A stretch of 26,960 nt of DNA, from assembly GCA_977017575.1 (NCBI GenBank), contig CDRNVI010000095.1:1-26960 (forward strand). The letters are read 5' to 3'. The translations under genes were made by a program, and so were the position numbers. The notes beneath the pieces are model-generated. The model was not told the DNA's origin and did not search any database. It saw only the letters and a list, made by a program, of their open reading frames with translations. The stretch comes from Paramoeba atlantica (lineage: Eukaryota > Protista > Discosea). Shown piece by piece: positions 9,954-21,777 of the stretch (the stretch's first letter is position 1; each line of letters starts with the position of its first letter).

Positions 9954-10268
9954 ATGAATATAAAACGTTATATAATTAATAATTATAATATTGGTTTATC
10001 TTTATTATCTATAATATTATTTAAATTTGGTTTATTATATAATAAATCTTATAAAAATATTAATAATAAAGGTTTATTAAAACAGTTAGAAAAAAATTTG
10101 TTATATTTTTTTAAAAGGAAGGAACAAATTAAACATATTAGATATAATAATATTATGAAAAAAATAGTTAATGGTTCTTATTTTGGTTATAAACGTATTA
10201 GAGGGTTACCTATGTATAATCAACGATCAAAGACTAATAATAGATCATCGAGAAAAAAAATAATATAA
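9954..10268 (+). CDS. rps13: Ribosomal protein S13
   Basis: YNIGL...FKFGL and GSYFGYKRIRGLPMYNQRSKTNNRS match uS13 GCYRGLRH..GLP.RGQRT.TNA. Confidence 0.92.
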   Translation: MNIKRYIINNYNIGLSLLSIILFKFGLLYNKSYKNINNKGLLKQLEKNLLYFFKRKEQIKHIRYNNIMKKIVNGSYFGYKRIRGLPMYNQRSKTNNRSSRKKII

Positions 10269-10271
10269 GTG

Positions 10272-13200
10272 ATGAAAACTACATGATATAATAATATAAT
10301 AAAACATAATATAAAAAATAATAAAATAGTTTTATTTGATAATAAAACAGATTATAATGAGTTATCTTTATATAATTTAAATTATAAGAGTAAAAATTTT
10401 TTATTATTAAATAATGTTATTGATGTTATTAGTGATAATATTTATTCAGAAATAAAAAATTTCAATCTTAATTTAATAATAAATATTTATTATTTAATGA
10501 ATAAATTTTTTAAATTTAATATTAATAAAAAATTTTATAAATTAGAGTATTTAAATAATAAATATTTATTATTGAATTTAAATAATTCTAAATCGTTTTT
10601 TGTTATAAAAGATAATTATAAAAATTTTTATAATAATTTTTTTCAAAATTCTTTTATGAATTTTTTAGATTGTAATAAAAAATTTATATATAATAGAAAG
10701 TTAAGGTATAAAAATTATAATTTTTTATTATCATATAAAAATAAATTAAGAAAAAAATTGTTTTTAAAGCAAACTCGTTTTAATAATATAGATAATGAAG
10801 ATTTTTTAAATTTTGGACCAGAAAATGGTTTATATTTTCAAACTATAAGTAATAGTTTTAGAAAGAAAAGAGAAGAAAAGAGAGAAGAAGAAAACAACAA
10901 TTATTTCATTATAATAATAATATAATAAAAAAAACTATTTTTTTAAAAAAAGGTCAAGTATTTTTAGGTTATAATTTTAAGTCTTTATCAAAATTAAATT
11001 TATTTAATTTAGATTATATAAAATTTAATAATAATTTTTATATAAGAAAAAAATATTGTCTTGAAAAGAATAAAAAAAATTTATTTTTATTATTTAGAAA
11101 AGAAAATTTATTAAAATATTATAATAAAAAATATTTAAAATATAAAAAATTTAATATAAAAAATTTTTATAATAATTATTATTTTTTATTTAAAAAATTA
11201 TTGTATAAAAAAAATAAAAATAAATTATATAGAAAGAGAAAAATTTTAATTAAAAAAAAATTTAAAAATAAATTATATAATTATAATTTATTTTTAAATA
11301 AACTAAATTTATTTAAAAATAAAAAAGAAAAGAGAAATTTATTTAATATTAGATATAATTTTTTTTATAAAATATATAATATTAATTTATGAAAAAAATA
11401 TAAAAGAAAAGAGAAATTTTTAGATTATATAAAAAGAATAAAAAATAACTTTTATTCTTTAAAATTATATAAAAGAAAAGAAAAAAGAATAAAATTATAT
11501 AATTATTCATATTTAATTAAAAGAAAAAAATTATTAAATTATAATTTTTTATATTTTATAAAAAATTTATATATTAATAGTATTTATAATAATATTAAAA
11601 ATAAATTTTTATATAAAAATTATAAAAAATTTTATATAATGAATAAATTTTTATATACTATTAATTCGAATATTGATTATAAAATATTAAAAATATTTTT
11701 AATAATATTAAATAATATTAAATTATTAAATAATTATAAAATTTCTAAAAATGTTAAAAATTTCTTTTTTAAGAATAGTTTTAATAACATATTAAAAAAA
11801 AGAAATTGAAAACAAATAAATAAATATTTATATTTTCGTATTTTTAATAAATATAATTATAATAAAATTAATAATTATAAATATAAAAAGAAAAAAATTA
11901 AAAAATTTATAAATATAAAAAGAAAAAATTCAAAATTTTTTATTATTAAAAAATCAACAACAAAAGAAAAAAAAATATATAAATTTGATAAATTTTTTTA
12001 TAATATTTCTTTAAATTTAATTAAATTAAATAAATTACATAAAAAAAAGGGAATAAAGAAAAAAAATTATTTTAATAATAATAAAAATATGAAATCTTTA
12101 ATAAATTATTATATTTACAATTATAATAATAAAGATTTATTGAATTTTAATATTTATAATTATAATTGTAAATATAATAAATTTAATAAAGATTATTGTT
12201 CTCATAAATATAAAAATTTTAAAGTTTATAAATATAAAAATTTTATATTTAATAGTTATGAATTAGATTATTACGATATAATAAATAAATTTCATAAAAA
12301 AAAATGAAATTTTTATATTATAAATGAAAAAGAAAAGAATGATTTATATTATAAATGAAAATCTATAAAGATACCTTATAATAATTTTTTAGTATTTTCT
12401 TGTAATATTAATTGTGAAAATTATTTAATAAAAGTTTTAACTAAGATTAAAAAGAATTATATTTTTTATTCAAAAAATTTATTAAATAATAATTCAATTA
12501 TATCTAAAAGAAAAGAGAATAAAAGTTTAAAAAAGAGAAATTTTATATCTTATAATTGTAATTTAATTGATAATTTAAAATTAAATAAAAGAAAAGAGAA
12601 AAATTTAAAATCTTGAACTTATTATTTATTTATAAATAATAATTTAATAAAAGAAAAGAGAAAAATAATTTTAAAACCAATAAAAGAAAAAAAAAATATT
12701 AAAAACTCAATTTGTTTATGAAAAAAAAGAAATTGATTTATAAATAAATCTTTTACTCAGAAGAGTTCATATTTAAAATTTTATAATAGAAAGAAGAAAG
12801 TATTTATATTAATTCAAAAAAATAATTTAAAGAAAAGAGAAAAAAAATTATTAAATTTATATTTAACAGGAAAAAAGAGAAGATTCTATAGGTATAATAA
12901 TATTACATCTTTTTTTTTAAATTATAAGTTTATTAATAATAATAAAACATTATTATTTAAACAAATGAAAAAAAAATTAAAAATTTTATTTAAAAAAGGT
13001 TTATTTAAAAAAAGTAGTATGTATTTTTTTAGAAGAACATTATTAGTAGAATATCCTAAATGATCATTAATAAAAGAAAATTATTTTAAACGTAATGAAG
13101 ATAATATAATGTCGTATTTATCAAAATATATACATTTTAAAATTTATAATATATATAGAAAAATATATAATATTGATTTATTATTTTTAAAACGAATTAA

Positions 13201-13753
13201 TCAATATAAAAATTTTAGTAAACTAAATTATTCAAAAATTTTAATTAATATTAGAAGTAATTTGTTACAATATTTTTATAACAAAAATAAGACTTTCAAA
13301 AGTTTTATTAAAAATAAAGTTTACTATAATAAATTTTTAGTAAAAAATGTATCAATAAAAAATTATATATTATTTAATAATATTAATGATTATACTAATA
13401 ATTATAAAAATATAAATAATTTGAAATATAATAATTCTATATATAGTTATTATAAATATTTTTTAAAATTAGTATTATTTAATAATTTGATTTTAAAAAA
13501 TAATTATACTAAAAAAATAAATTGTGATATTAGTTTATTTATTACTAAATTTATGAAAAATTTAAATATAATATATAAGTATATATATAGTATTAAGTAT
13601 TCAAATAAAAAAAATTTAAATTATTATTCAAAATTAAATGAAATAAATTTTTTTAATAATATTTATGACTATGATTATAGTTTATTAAATAATAATAGCT
13701 TAATAAATTATAAATTAAATACTGTTACTTTATTAAATTCTAAAAAATATTAA
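10272..13753 (+). CDS. Giant unidentified ORF of ~1160 codons (K/N/Y/F/I/L-rich) with one -1 shift within 10862-10922
   Basis: Manual table-4 translation: the frame from ATG 10272 is open to 10925, and a second frame is open from 10862 to TAA 13753 (963 codons with no TAA/TAG in extremely AT-rich DNA). No recognisable domain. Confidence 0.8.
10862..12841 (+). repeat. Dispersed purine-only 13-mer AAAGAAAAGAGAA
   Basis: Exact copies start at 10862, 11324, 11403, 12507, 12588, 12650 and 12829, plus one at 7221 in the rps3-rpl16 spacer. Confidence 0.85.
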
Positions 13754-13991
13754 TTAAATAATATTTAATTAATAAATTTAAAAAGAAATTTTTAAATTTG
13801 AATATTATTATTAATTTGAATAATAATAATATTTTTAAAATAAGGTAAAAAGAAAAAAATATTTTTATCTTATATATGTTTGCACCTTCAAGATGTTGTA
13901 TAGAAAAAGAAAGAAAAGAATAAACGTGAAAAAATGATTAAGAAAATTATTTAGTAATTAAATTATAGTAATAAAAAAAAAAATTATTATT

Positions 13992-14372
13992 ATGCCACAA
14001 TTAGATTTAGGAATTTTATTTTTAGAATTAGTTTTAAATTTTATATTTTTTTGATTAATTTATATTTATTATGCAAGATATATATTCCCTTTAATAAATA
14101 AAACTATTAAATTAAGAAAATATAAATTAAAATCTATAATAAAAAGATTATTATTATTAGAATCAAATATTTTATTTATTATAAAATTAAATTTAAGTAT
14201 TTTATTAAATAATAATTTTTTATTAAATAAATTTGTTGTTTTATTAAAATCTAAAATTAATAATATTAAAATTATTATTTTTAGTAAATTATATATATTA
14301 GGTTTAAATTTCTTAAAAAAAGAATCTTTATTAAATAAAAAATATTTTATAATAAAAACAATATATAAATAA
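13992..14372 (+). CDS. atp8: ATP synthase subunit 8 (126 aa)
   Basis: Starts MPQLD followed by a hydrophobic segment; TAATG overlap with the cob start. Missing from the ORF track. Confidence 0.93.
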
Positions 14373-15520
14373 TGAGATTAGTTAAAAAAGATATTTTTGT
14401 AAATGCATTTTATAATGCTTTAGTAGTTTATCCAGCTCCTGCTAATATAACTTATGCTTGAAATTTAGGAGTTAGTGCTGGTTTGTTTTTAATTATTCAG
14501 ATTTTAACAGGTGTTATTTTAGCTATGTATTATACACCTAATGCTGATTTAGCTTTTGCTAGTGTTAGACATATAGTTAATGATGTACATTTTGGTGATA
14601 TGCTAAGAATGTACCATGCTAGTGGATCATCAGTTTTTTTTTTTGTAATATATTTACATGTATTTAGAGGTTTATATTATGGTTCATATACTTATCCTAG
14701 ACAATTTGTATGAGTATCTGGTGTTATAATATTATTAATTATGATTATAACAGCTTTTGTAGGTTATGTTTTACCTTGGGGTCAAATGAGTTTTTGAGCA
14801 GCAACTGTTATTACTAATTTAGTGTCAGTTATACCTTTTGTAGGTAATGATATATTATTATGATTATGAGGTGGATTTTCTGTTGATGAAGCTACATTAC
14901 ATCGTTTTTTTAGTTTACATTATTTATTACCTTTTGTTATAGCAGCTTTAGCTGGAGTTCATATTATATTATTACATGAAGTTGGTTCTAATAATATATT
15001 AGGTATTAATCATAAGGTAGATCAAATACCATTTCATCCTTATTTTGTTTTTAAAGATTTATTTAGTTCATTATTATTATTATTTGGTTTTAATATGTAT
15101 GCTATAAAACATACTCCAAGTATAATAGACGCAGATAATTATTTAGAAGCAAATCCTTTAGTAACACCCGTACATATCGTACCAGAATGATATTTTAAAG
15201 CTTTTTATGCAATTTTAAGATCTGTACCAGATAAAGCAGGTGGTTTTATCTTATTAGTTTTATCTATTATTGTTTTAATAATATTTCCATTTTATGTGAA
15301 AGCACCTATAGTTAGTGGTTATTTTAGACCTATTTATAATTTAGGTTTTTGATTATTTATTATGGATTTTATTACATTAACCTGAATAGGAGGTAAACCT
15401 ATAGAAGAACCTTATTATTTTATAGGTCAAATGGCTACAAGTTTTTATTTTATATATTTTATTATATTGTTACCTGTTATTGTTAAATTAGAAAAATCAT
15501 TATATAAAAATATTACTTAA
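14372..15520 (+). CDS. cob: Apocytochrome b (382 aa)
   Basis: [12 protein letters not shown], heme His motifs ([17 protein letters not shown]), [28 protein letters not shown]. Confidence 0.99.
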
Positions 15521-15524
15521 ACAT

Positions 15525-16028
15525 ATGAATAAAATTTTTAATTTTATAATTTTTTATATTTCTATATTATTTTTAGTTAATATGTTTTCAAATCATTTAT
15601 TTTTTTTTAATTCTGTTGGTAATTTATTAATTATAATTATATTATTAATTATATCTTTATTTACTTTTTATATTTCTTCGTTAAAAAGTAATTTCTTAAT
15701 TATAAAAAAAAATGAAATATATAAACAATATTATTTAAAATTATTAAAACTATATTATATTTTTTATTTATATAAAAATATAATATTTCAAAATATTTTA
15801 ATATCTACATTTCAAAATTATTATTTTAAATTTATAATTTTATTTTATAATATTAATTTAAATATATTATTAAATTCTATATCAAATTTATATAGTTATT
15901 TATATAATAATTTTTTAAATACTTTTTATATTAATAATTATTTTATATTTAGTATTAAATTTAAATTATTAAATCAAATAAACTATAAAAATTTTATTTT
16001 TAAAAAATATTTTACTATAAAAAAATAA
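15525..16028 (+). CDS. 167-aa membrane ORF, probably ATP synthase subunit b (atp4/orf25-like)
   Basis: Two N-terminal hydrophobic stretches followed by a charged region. Size and topology fit atp4, but the NEE motif is not clearly present. Confidence 0.45.
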   Translation: MNKIFNFIIFYISILFLVNMFSNHLFFFNSVGNLLIIIILLIISLFTFYISSLKSNFLIIKKNEIYKQYYLKLLKLYYIFYLYKNIIFQNILISTFQNYYFKFIILFYNINLNILLNSISNLYSYLYNNFLNTFYINNYFIFSIKFKLLNQINYKNFIFKKYFTIKK

Positions 16029-16031
16029 TAT

Positions 16032-16388
16032 ATGAATTTTGAATATAGTATAATTATTATCTCTATATCATTAAGTATGATTATTTCTTTAGTATTATTT
16101 TCTATTATTTTACTTCTTATTTATTCAAAATTTGAGATAGAAAAAGTTTCAGCATATGAATGTGGTTTTCACCCTTTTGAAGATACTAGACATAATTTTA
16201 ATGTAAGATTTTATTTAGTATCTATTTTATTTTTAATTTTTGATTTAGAAATAATATTTTTATTTCCATGATTGACTTTAGTTAATTTTTTAGGAACAAG
16301 TGGTTTTTTAGTAGTATTGATTTTTATTACTATATTAACTATAGGTTTCATATATGAATGATTAAAAGGTGCTTTAACCTGAGAGTAA
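16032..16388 (+). CDS. nad3: NADH dehydrogenase subunit 3
   Basis: [48 protein letters not shown]. Confidence 0.98.
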
Positions 16389-16406
16389 AAAATTATTTTA
16401 TATATT

Positions 16407-17159
16407 ATGAATAAATTTTTTCAACCATTAGATCAATTTGATATATTTTCTTTATATATAAATTTTTATTTTAGTGATTTTTATATAACAAACTTATTTA
16501 TATATTTATTTATTATTTTTTTTATAATAAATATTATAACAAGTAATGTATTATTATCTAAATTAAATTTAGTTTATAAATCGTTATGACAATACATATA
16601 TGAGAATTTTATATATTTATTTCCGTTAAATGTTTTAGTTACACAAGTAGGTAAAAGAGGTGAACCATATTTTGTTTATATAGCTAGCTTATTTTATTTT
16701 ATATTAATAGCAAATTTTATTGGTTTAGTACCAAGTTCTTTTACTATTACAAGTCATATAATTTTAACATTTTTATTAGGATCAATTACTGTTATAGGAT
16801 TAACTATAATAGGTTTTTTAAAACAAAAATTACATTTTATACAGTTATTTATACCAAAAGGTGTTCCTAATATTTTATTACCTATGTTAATAGGTATCGA
16901 AGTTATTTCTTATATTGCAAGAGGTTTTAGTTTATCTATACGGTTATTTGCAAATTTAATGTCGGGACATTCATTAATACATATTTTATTATTTTTTATT
17001 GTAAAAATATTAAAATTTAATTATATTATAGGTATTTTAGGAATATTATTAATAACTGTAATTTTTTTATTAGAGTTTGGTATTTCATTTTTACAAGCTT
17101 ATGTATTTATTGTTTTAGTTTCTATTTATTTAAAAGATTCTTACGAAGCTGGACATTAA
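16407..17159 (+). CDS. atp6: ATP synthase subunit 6
   Basis: QPLDQF, FTITSH, IEVISYIARGFSLSIRLFANLMSGH, LEFGISFLQAYVF. Confidence 0.98.
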
Positions 17160-17177
17160 AAAACATTTATTTTAACA

Positions 17178-17498
17178 ATGTTTAATATCTTAATTCCTTT
17201 TGAAACATTTATACCTATTTTAAGTTTTAGTTTATTTATTATAGGTATAGCGGGTATTTTTATTACACGTAGAAATATAATAATAATAATAATGTCTATA
17301 GAGTTAATTTTAGCATCTGTAAATTTATTATTTATTTTTTTATCAATATATTTAGATGATATATATGGTCAGATATTTGCTTTATATATATTAACTATAG
17401 CAGCTTCTGAATCAGCTATTGGTTTAGGATTAATAGTTATTTATTATAGATTAAGAGGTATTATATCTATAGATTATATTAGTACTATAAAAGGTTAA
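17178..17498 (+). CDS. nad4L: NADH dehydrogenase subunit 4L
   Basis: MSIELILASVNL, GQIFALYILTIAASESAIGLGL. Confidence 0.97.
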   Translation: MFNILIPFETFIPILSFSLFIIGIAGIFITRRNIIIIIMSIELILASVNLLFIFLSIYLDDIYGQIFALYILTIAASESAIGLGLIVIYYRLRGIISIDYISTIKG

Positions 17499-17517
17499 AT
17501 TTTTTTATATACTTTTT

Positions 17518-19536
17518 ATGTATTTATTAGTATTATATTTACCATTAATAAGTTTTTTAATTATAAGTTTTTTTGGGCGTTTATTAGGAAATAAAGGTAG
17601 TTTTATAATTGCGAATTTTAATATGTTATTAACAGTGTTGTTATCATATTATATTTTTTATGAAACTGTATTAAAAGGTTCTGTATGTTTTTTAAAATTA
17701 TTTTCATGATTTAATATAGGTTTATTTAATGTAACATGAGGATTTATTTTCGATCCTGTAACAGGTGTTATGTTAATTGTAGTAAATACAATATCTTTAT
17801 TAGTTCATTTTTATTCAATAGGTTATATGTATAATGATCCTTTTTCTTCTCGATTTGTATCTTATTTATCATTATTTACATGATTTATGTTAATGTTAGT
17901 TACAGCTGATAATATATTACAATTATTTTTAGGTTGAGAAGGTGTTGGTTTAGTATCTTATTTATTAATTAATTTTTGATTTACAATAGCAGATGCAAAC
18001 AAAGCTGCAATTAAAGCTATTATTATGAATAGAATAGGTGACATTGGAGTTGGTTTAGGTATATGTTTAATATATTTAGAATATAAAACATTAAATTTTA
18101 GTATAATATTCGCAATAAGTGATATGTGTCAATTTGATTATATTTATTTTATAAATAATTATTTTAATACAATAACTTTGATAACTATTTTTATATTAAT
18201 TGGAGCTATGGGAAAATCTGCACAATTAGGTTTACATACTTGATTACCGGATGCTATGGCTGGTCCAACACCAGTTTCTGCTCTTATACATGCAGCAACA
18301 ATGGTTACAGCTGGAGTATTTATTTTAATAAGATTATCACCAATGGTTGAATATTCAGCTATTGGTTTATGAATTATAACTTTAGTTGGTGTTTTAACTA
18401 GTTTTTTTGCAGCAACTATAGGTTTATTTCAAAATGATATAAAAAAGGTTATAGCATATTCAACTTGTAGTCAATTAGGTTATATGGTGTTTATATGTGG
18501 GTTATCAAATTATTCACTAAGTTTATTTCATTTAACTAATCATGCTTTTTTTAAAGCATTATTATTTTTAAGTGCGGGGGCTATTATACATGCTTTATCT
18601 GATGAACAAGATATAAGAAAATATGGAGGGTTAATTAAATTATTACCTTATAGTTATATTATGATGTTAATAGGTTCTTTAGCATTAATGGGTATACCTT
18701 TTTTAACAGGGTTTTATTCTAAAGATGTTATAATTGAAATTACTTATATATCATATATAATAGATAGTTCTTTTATTTATTGATTAAGTGTTATAGCAGC
18801 TTTGTTTACATCATTATATAGTATTAGGTTATTAGTATATGTTTTTATAACATCACCTAATGGTTATAGAAAAATGTTTGAATTAATACATGAATCTAAT
18901 ATTTTTATGTCTTTACCTTTATTTATATTAGCTTTAAATAGTATATTTTTTGGTTATATTAATAAAGATTTATTTATAGGATTAGGTAATGATACTTGAT
19001 TAAATTGATTAAATATAATTTCAACTAGAAATATTTTAATTTTAGAATCAGAATTTTTACCTTGATATATAAAAAATATTCCTTTTTTTTTTAGTATGTC
19101 TGGTATAATAATTATTTTTTTAATAAATTATTATTATACTTATTTATATAAAGTTTTAAGAAGTAATAATTATTTATATTTTAAAAGATATAATAATATT
19201 GCAAGTTTTTTTTCTTATAAATGGTATGTGGATACTATTTATAATAAAATAATTTTAGGAGGTTTTATTAAATTATCCTATATAGTATTTAAAAATATTG
19301 ATAGAGGTATTATAGAATTAATAGGGCCTTTAGGTTTAGTTAGATTATGAAATTCTTTAAGTATTAATTATAAATATTTTTTCCCAACAGGTTATATTTT
19401 TAATTATTTGTTCTTATTTATTATTTCATCTGTTAGTTTAATTATATTCTATATATTACCTATAAATAATTTAAATAGTGAATTATTATTTATATTAATT
19501 GCTATAATTTTAATAAATAAATATAAAAATAAGTAA
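17518..19536 (+). CDS. nad5: NADH dehydrogenase subunit 5
   Basis: [89 protein letters not shown]. All track fragments share one frame. Confidence 0.99.
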
Positions 19537-19553
19537 AATTTTTTTTAAAACAT

Positions 19554-20141
19554 ATGGATCAAAATTTATTTTATATATTTTTTTTTATAATAAGTATTGT
19601 ATCGGCTATTTTAGTAATAATTTCTAAAAATCCTTTACATTCTATTATTTATTTAATATTAGTTTTTTGTAATATAGTTTTTATATTATTATTGTTGGAG
19701 TTGGAATTTATGTCTATGGTGTTTTTAATAGTTTATATAGGTGCAATAGCAGTATTATTTTTATTTATTATTTATATGTTAAATATAAAAGTTATAGAAT
19801 TGAATGAATTAAATATAAAATATTTGATAGGTATTATATTATTAACTTTATTAATAATATTTTTAATTTATTTATATTATATACCGATTAATGTAATTTT
19901 TAATATAGATTCCTCAAACAATAATAATTATATAAATTATTATAATATTTTATATAATATATCAAATTTAAATTTGATATCTTTAATATTATACGATAAG
20001 CATTATATATTATTTATAATACTTAGTCTTATATTATTATTAGCTATGATTGGTGTTATTATATTAACATGTAAAAGAACATATTATCTAAAAGAACAGG
20101 TAATTTTTGAACAAAATAAAAGGTTTATAAAGAATCCATAA
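19554..20141 (+). CDS. nad6: NADH dehydrogenase subunit 6
   Basis: [43 protein letters not shown]. Confidence 0.96.
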   Translation: MDQNLFYIFFFIISIVSAILVIISKNPLHSIIYLILVFCNIVFILLLLELEFMSMVFLIVYIGAIAVLFLFIIYMLNIKVIELNELNIKYLIGIILLTLLIIFLIYLYYIPINVIFNIDSSNNNNYINYYNILYNISNLNLISLILYDKHYILFIILSLILLLAMIGVIILTCKRTYYLKEQVIFEQNKRFIKNP

Positions 20142-20142
20142 A

Positions 20143-21777
20143 ATGAATAATTATAAAATAAATAATATTGCAGTTAAAGATAATAATATGAAAACTATAT
20201 TACAATTATGTAATATGATTAATATAGATATACCAAAATTTTGTTATCATGAACAATTATCTATAGCAGGTAATTGTAGAATGTGTTTAGTTGAAGTAAA
20301 AGGAGCTATAAAACCTATAGCTTCTTGTGCATCCCCTTTAAATAATAATATGCATATATTAACTAATACTAAATTAGTTAAAAAGGCTAGAGAAGGTGTT
20401 TTAGAATTTTTATTATTAAATCATCCATTAGATTGTCCTATTTGTGATCAAGGAGGTGAATGTGATTTACAAGATCAATCATTAATTTTTGGTAATGATA
20501 GAGGTAGATTTTATGAAAATAAAAAGATCTGTTAATGATAAAGATTGTGGACCTTTAATAAAAACTATTATGACAAGATGTATTCATTGTACTAGATGTA
20601 TACGTTTTATAGATGAGTTTATTGGTTATAAATATTTTGGTTTGATAGGTCGAGGACAAAATATAGAAATAAGTAATTTTTTATCAAAAAATATTAATTC
20701 GGAATTATCTGGTAATTTAATTGATTTATGCCCTGTAGGTGCTTTAACTTCTAAACCTTATTCATTCATTTCTAGACCTTGAGAACTTATTTCTTGAAAT
20801 ACTATAGATATTAATGATTTATTACATATAAATATTAGAATAGATATTAGAGATAGTGAAATATTAAGAGTTTTACCTTTATTTAATGATTATATACATG
20901 AGATCTGAATCTCAGATCTAACTCGTTTTTCTTATGATAATCAAAAGAATAATCGAATAATTAATCCTTTAAAAAAGGAAGGTGCAAATAAATTTATTAT
21001 ATATAGTTGAGAAAAAGTATTAAATTTAATATTAAAAAAATGTTTAAATAGTAATTTACATTTTTTAATAGGTGATAATATAGATAGTGAAACTGCTTTA
21101 GTAATAAAAAAAGGAAAAATTATTTTAATAATCATGAATTTACTATTAATTATAAAAAATTAACTAGGAATTCAAATAATCGTAAAAATTATATTTTAGA
21201 TTATAATATATATAAAGAATTAAATGAATTTAAAAATATTATATTAATTAATATAAATATTAGATTAGAATATCCTTTATTAAATATAAAGTTAAACGAT
21301 TTAAAGATTTAAAATTATTAAATATTTATAATATAGGGACCTCTTATAATCAAAATTATAAAAATATAAATTATTCATCTAATTTATTAGAAGTAAAAAA
21401 ATTTATAGAGGGAAAATCTTTATTAAATAATATTGTATTAAAAGCATCTAAAAATTTAATTTTATTAAATGATAATACTTTATTTAATTTTTTAATTACA
21501 ACATTGAAAAATTTAAATTTAGAATCAAGTATTAATATAGGTTTTTAAATAATTTAAATATAAATATTATAGCTAATGAATTAAATTTATTTAATTCATT
21601 AGTAAAATTTAATGATTATAGTTTTTAAAAAAATGATTTATAAAGAAAATAATATTTTATATAATTTAAATAATTATAATTATAATTATTTAAATTATAA
21701 TTGTGATTATAATATTTTTCAAGGTTGTTATTTACCTATATTAAAAGAAATTAATAAATTATGATTTATTATTACCA
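20143..21777 (+). CDS. nad11: NADH dehydrogenase subunit 11, 3'-truncated at the junction; about six single-base indels (~20523, ~21112, ~21295, ~21545, ~21625, ~21757)
   Basis: Fe-S motifs [57 protein letters not shown]. Downstream frames give [20 protein letters not shown] and YDLLLP, after which mitochondrial-type sequence stops. Confidence 0.93.

Noticed and set aside
13762-13960. Possible frameshifted continuation of the giant ORF or a small basic ORF in the spacer before atp8
   Set aside because: All three frames have stops within 13751-13761 and no single indel links them; the remaining open stretches are short and lack a convincing start.
18253-18267. nad5 motif AMAGPTP instead of the AMEGPTP common in plant and fungal mitochondria
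   Set aside because: AMAGPTP is the form found in bacterial NuoL, so it is a known tolerated variant.
1546-19350. Many short ORF-track fragments suggesting split or pseudogenised respiratory and ribosomal genes
   Set aside because: The fragments share one frame and are separated only by TGA at conserved Trp positions; the genes are intact under table 4.
20941-21135. Minus-strand 64-aa ORF
   Set aside because: Antisense to nad11; no independent support.
20143-21777. nad11 as a naturally split or pseudogenised gene
   Set aside because: The breaks are single-base homopolymer indels of the same kind seen in the adjacent bacterial genes, and the truncation coincides with the junction; sequencing error is more parsimonious.
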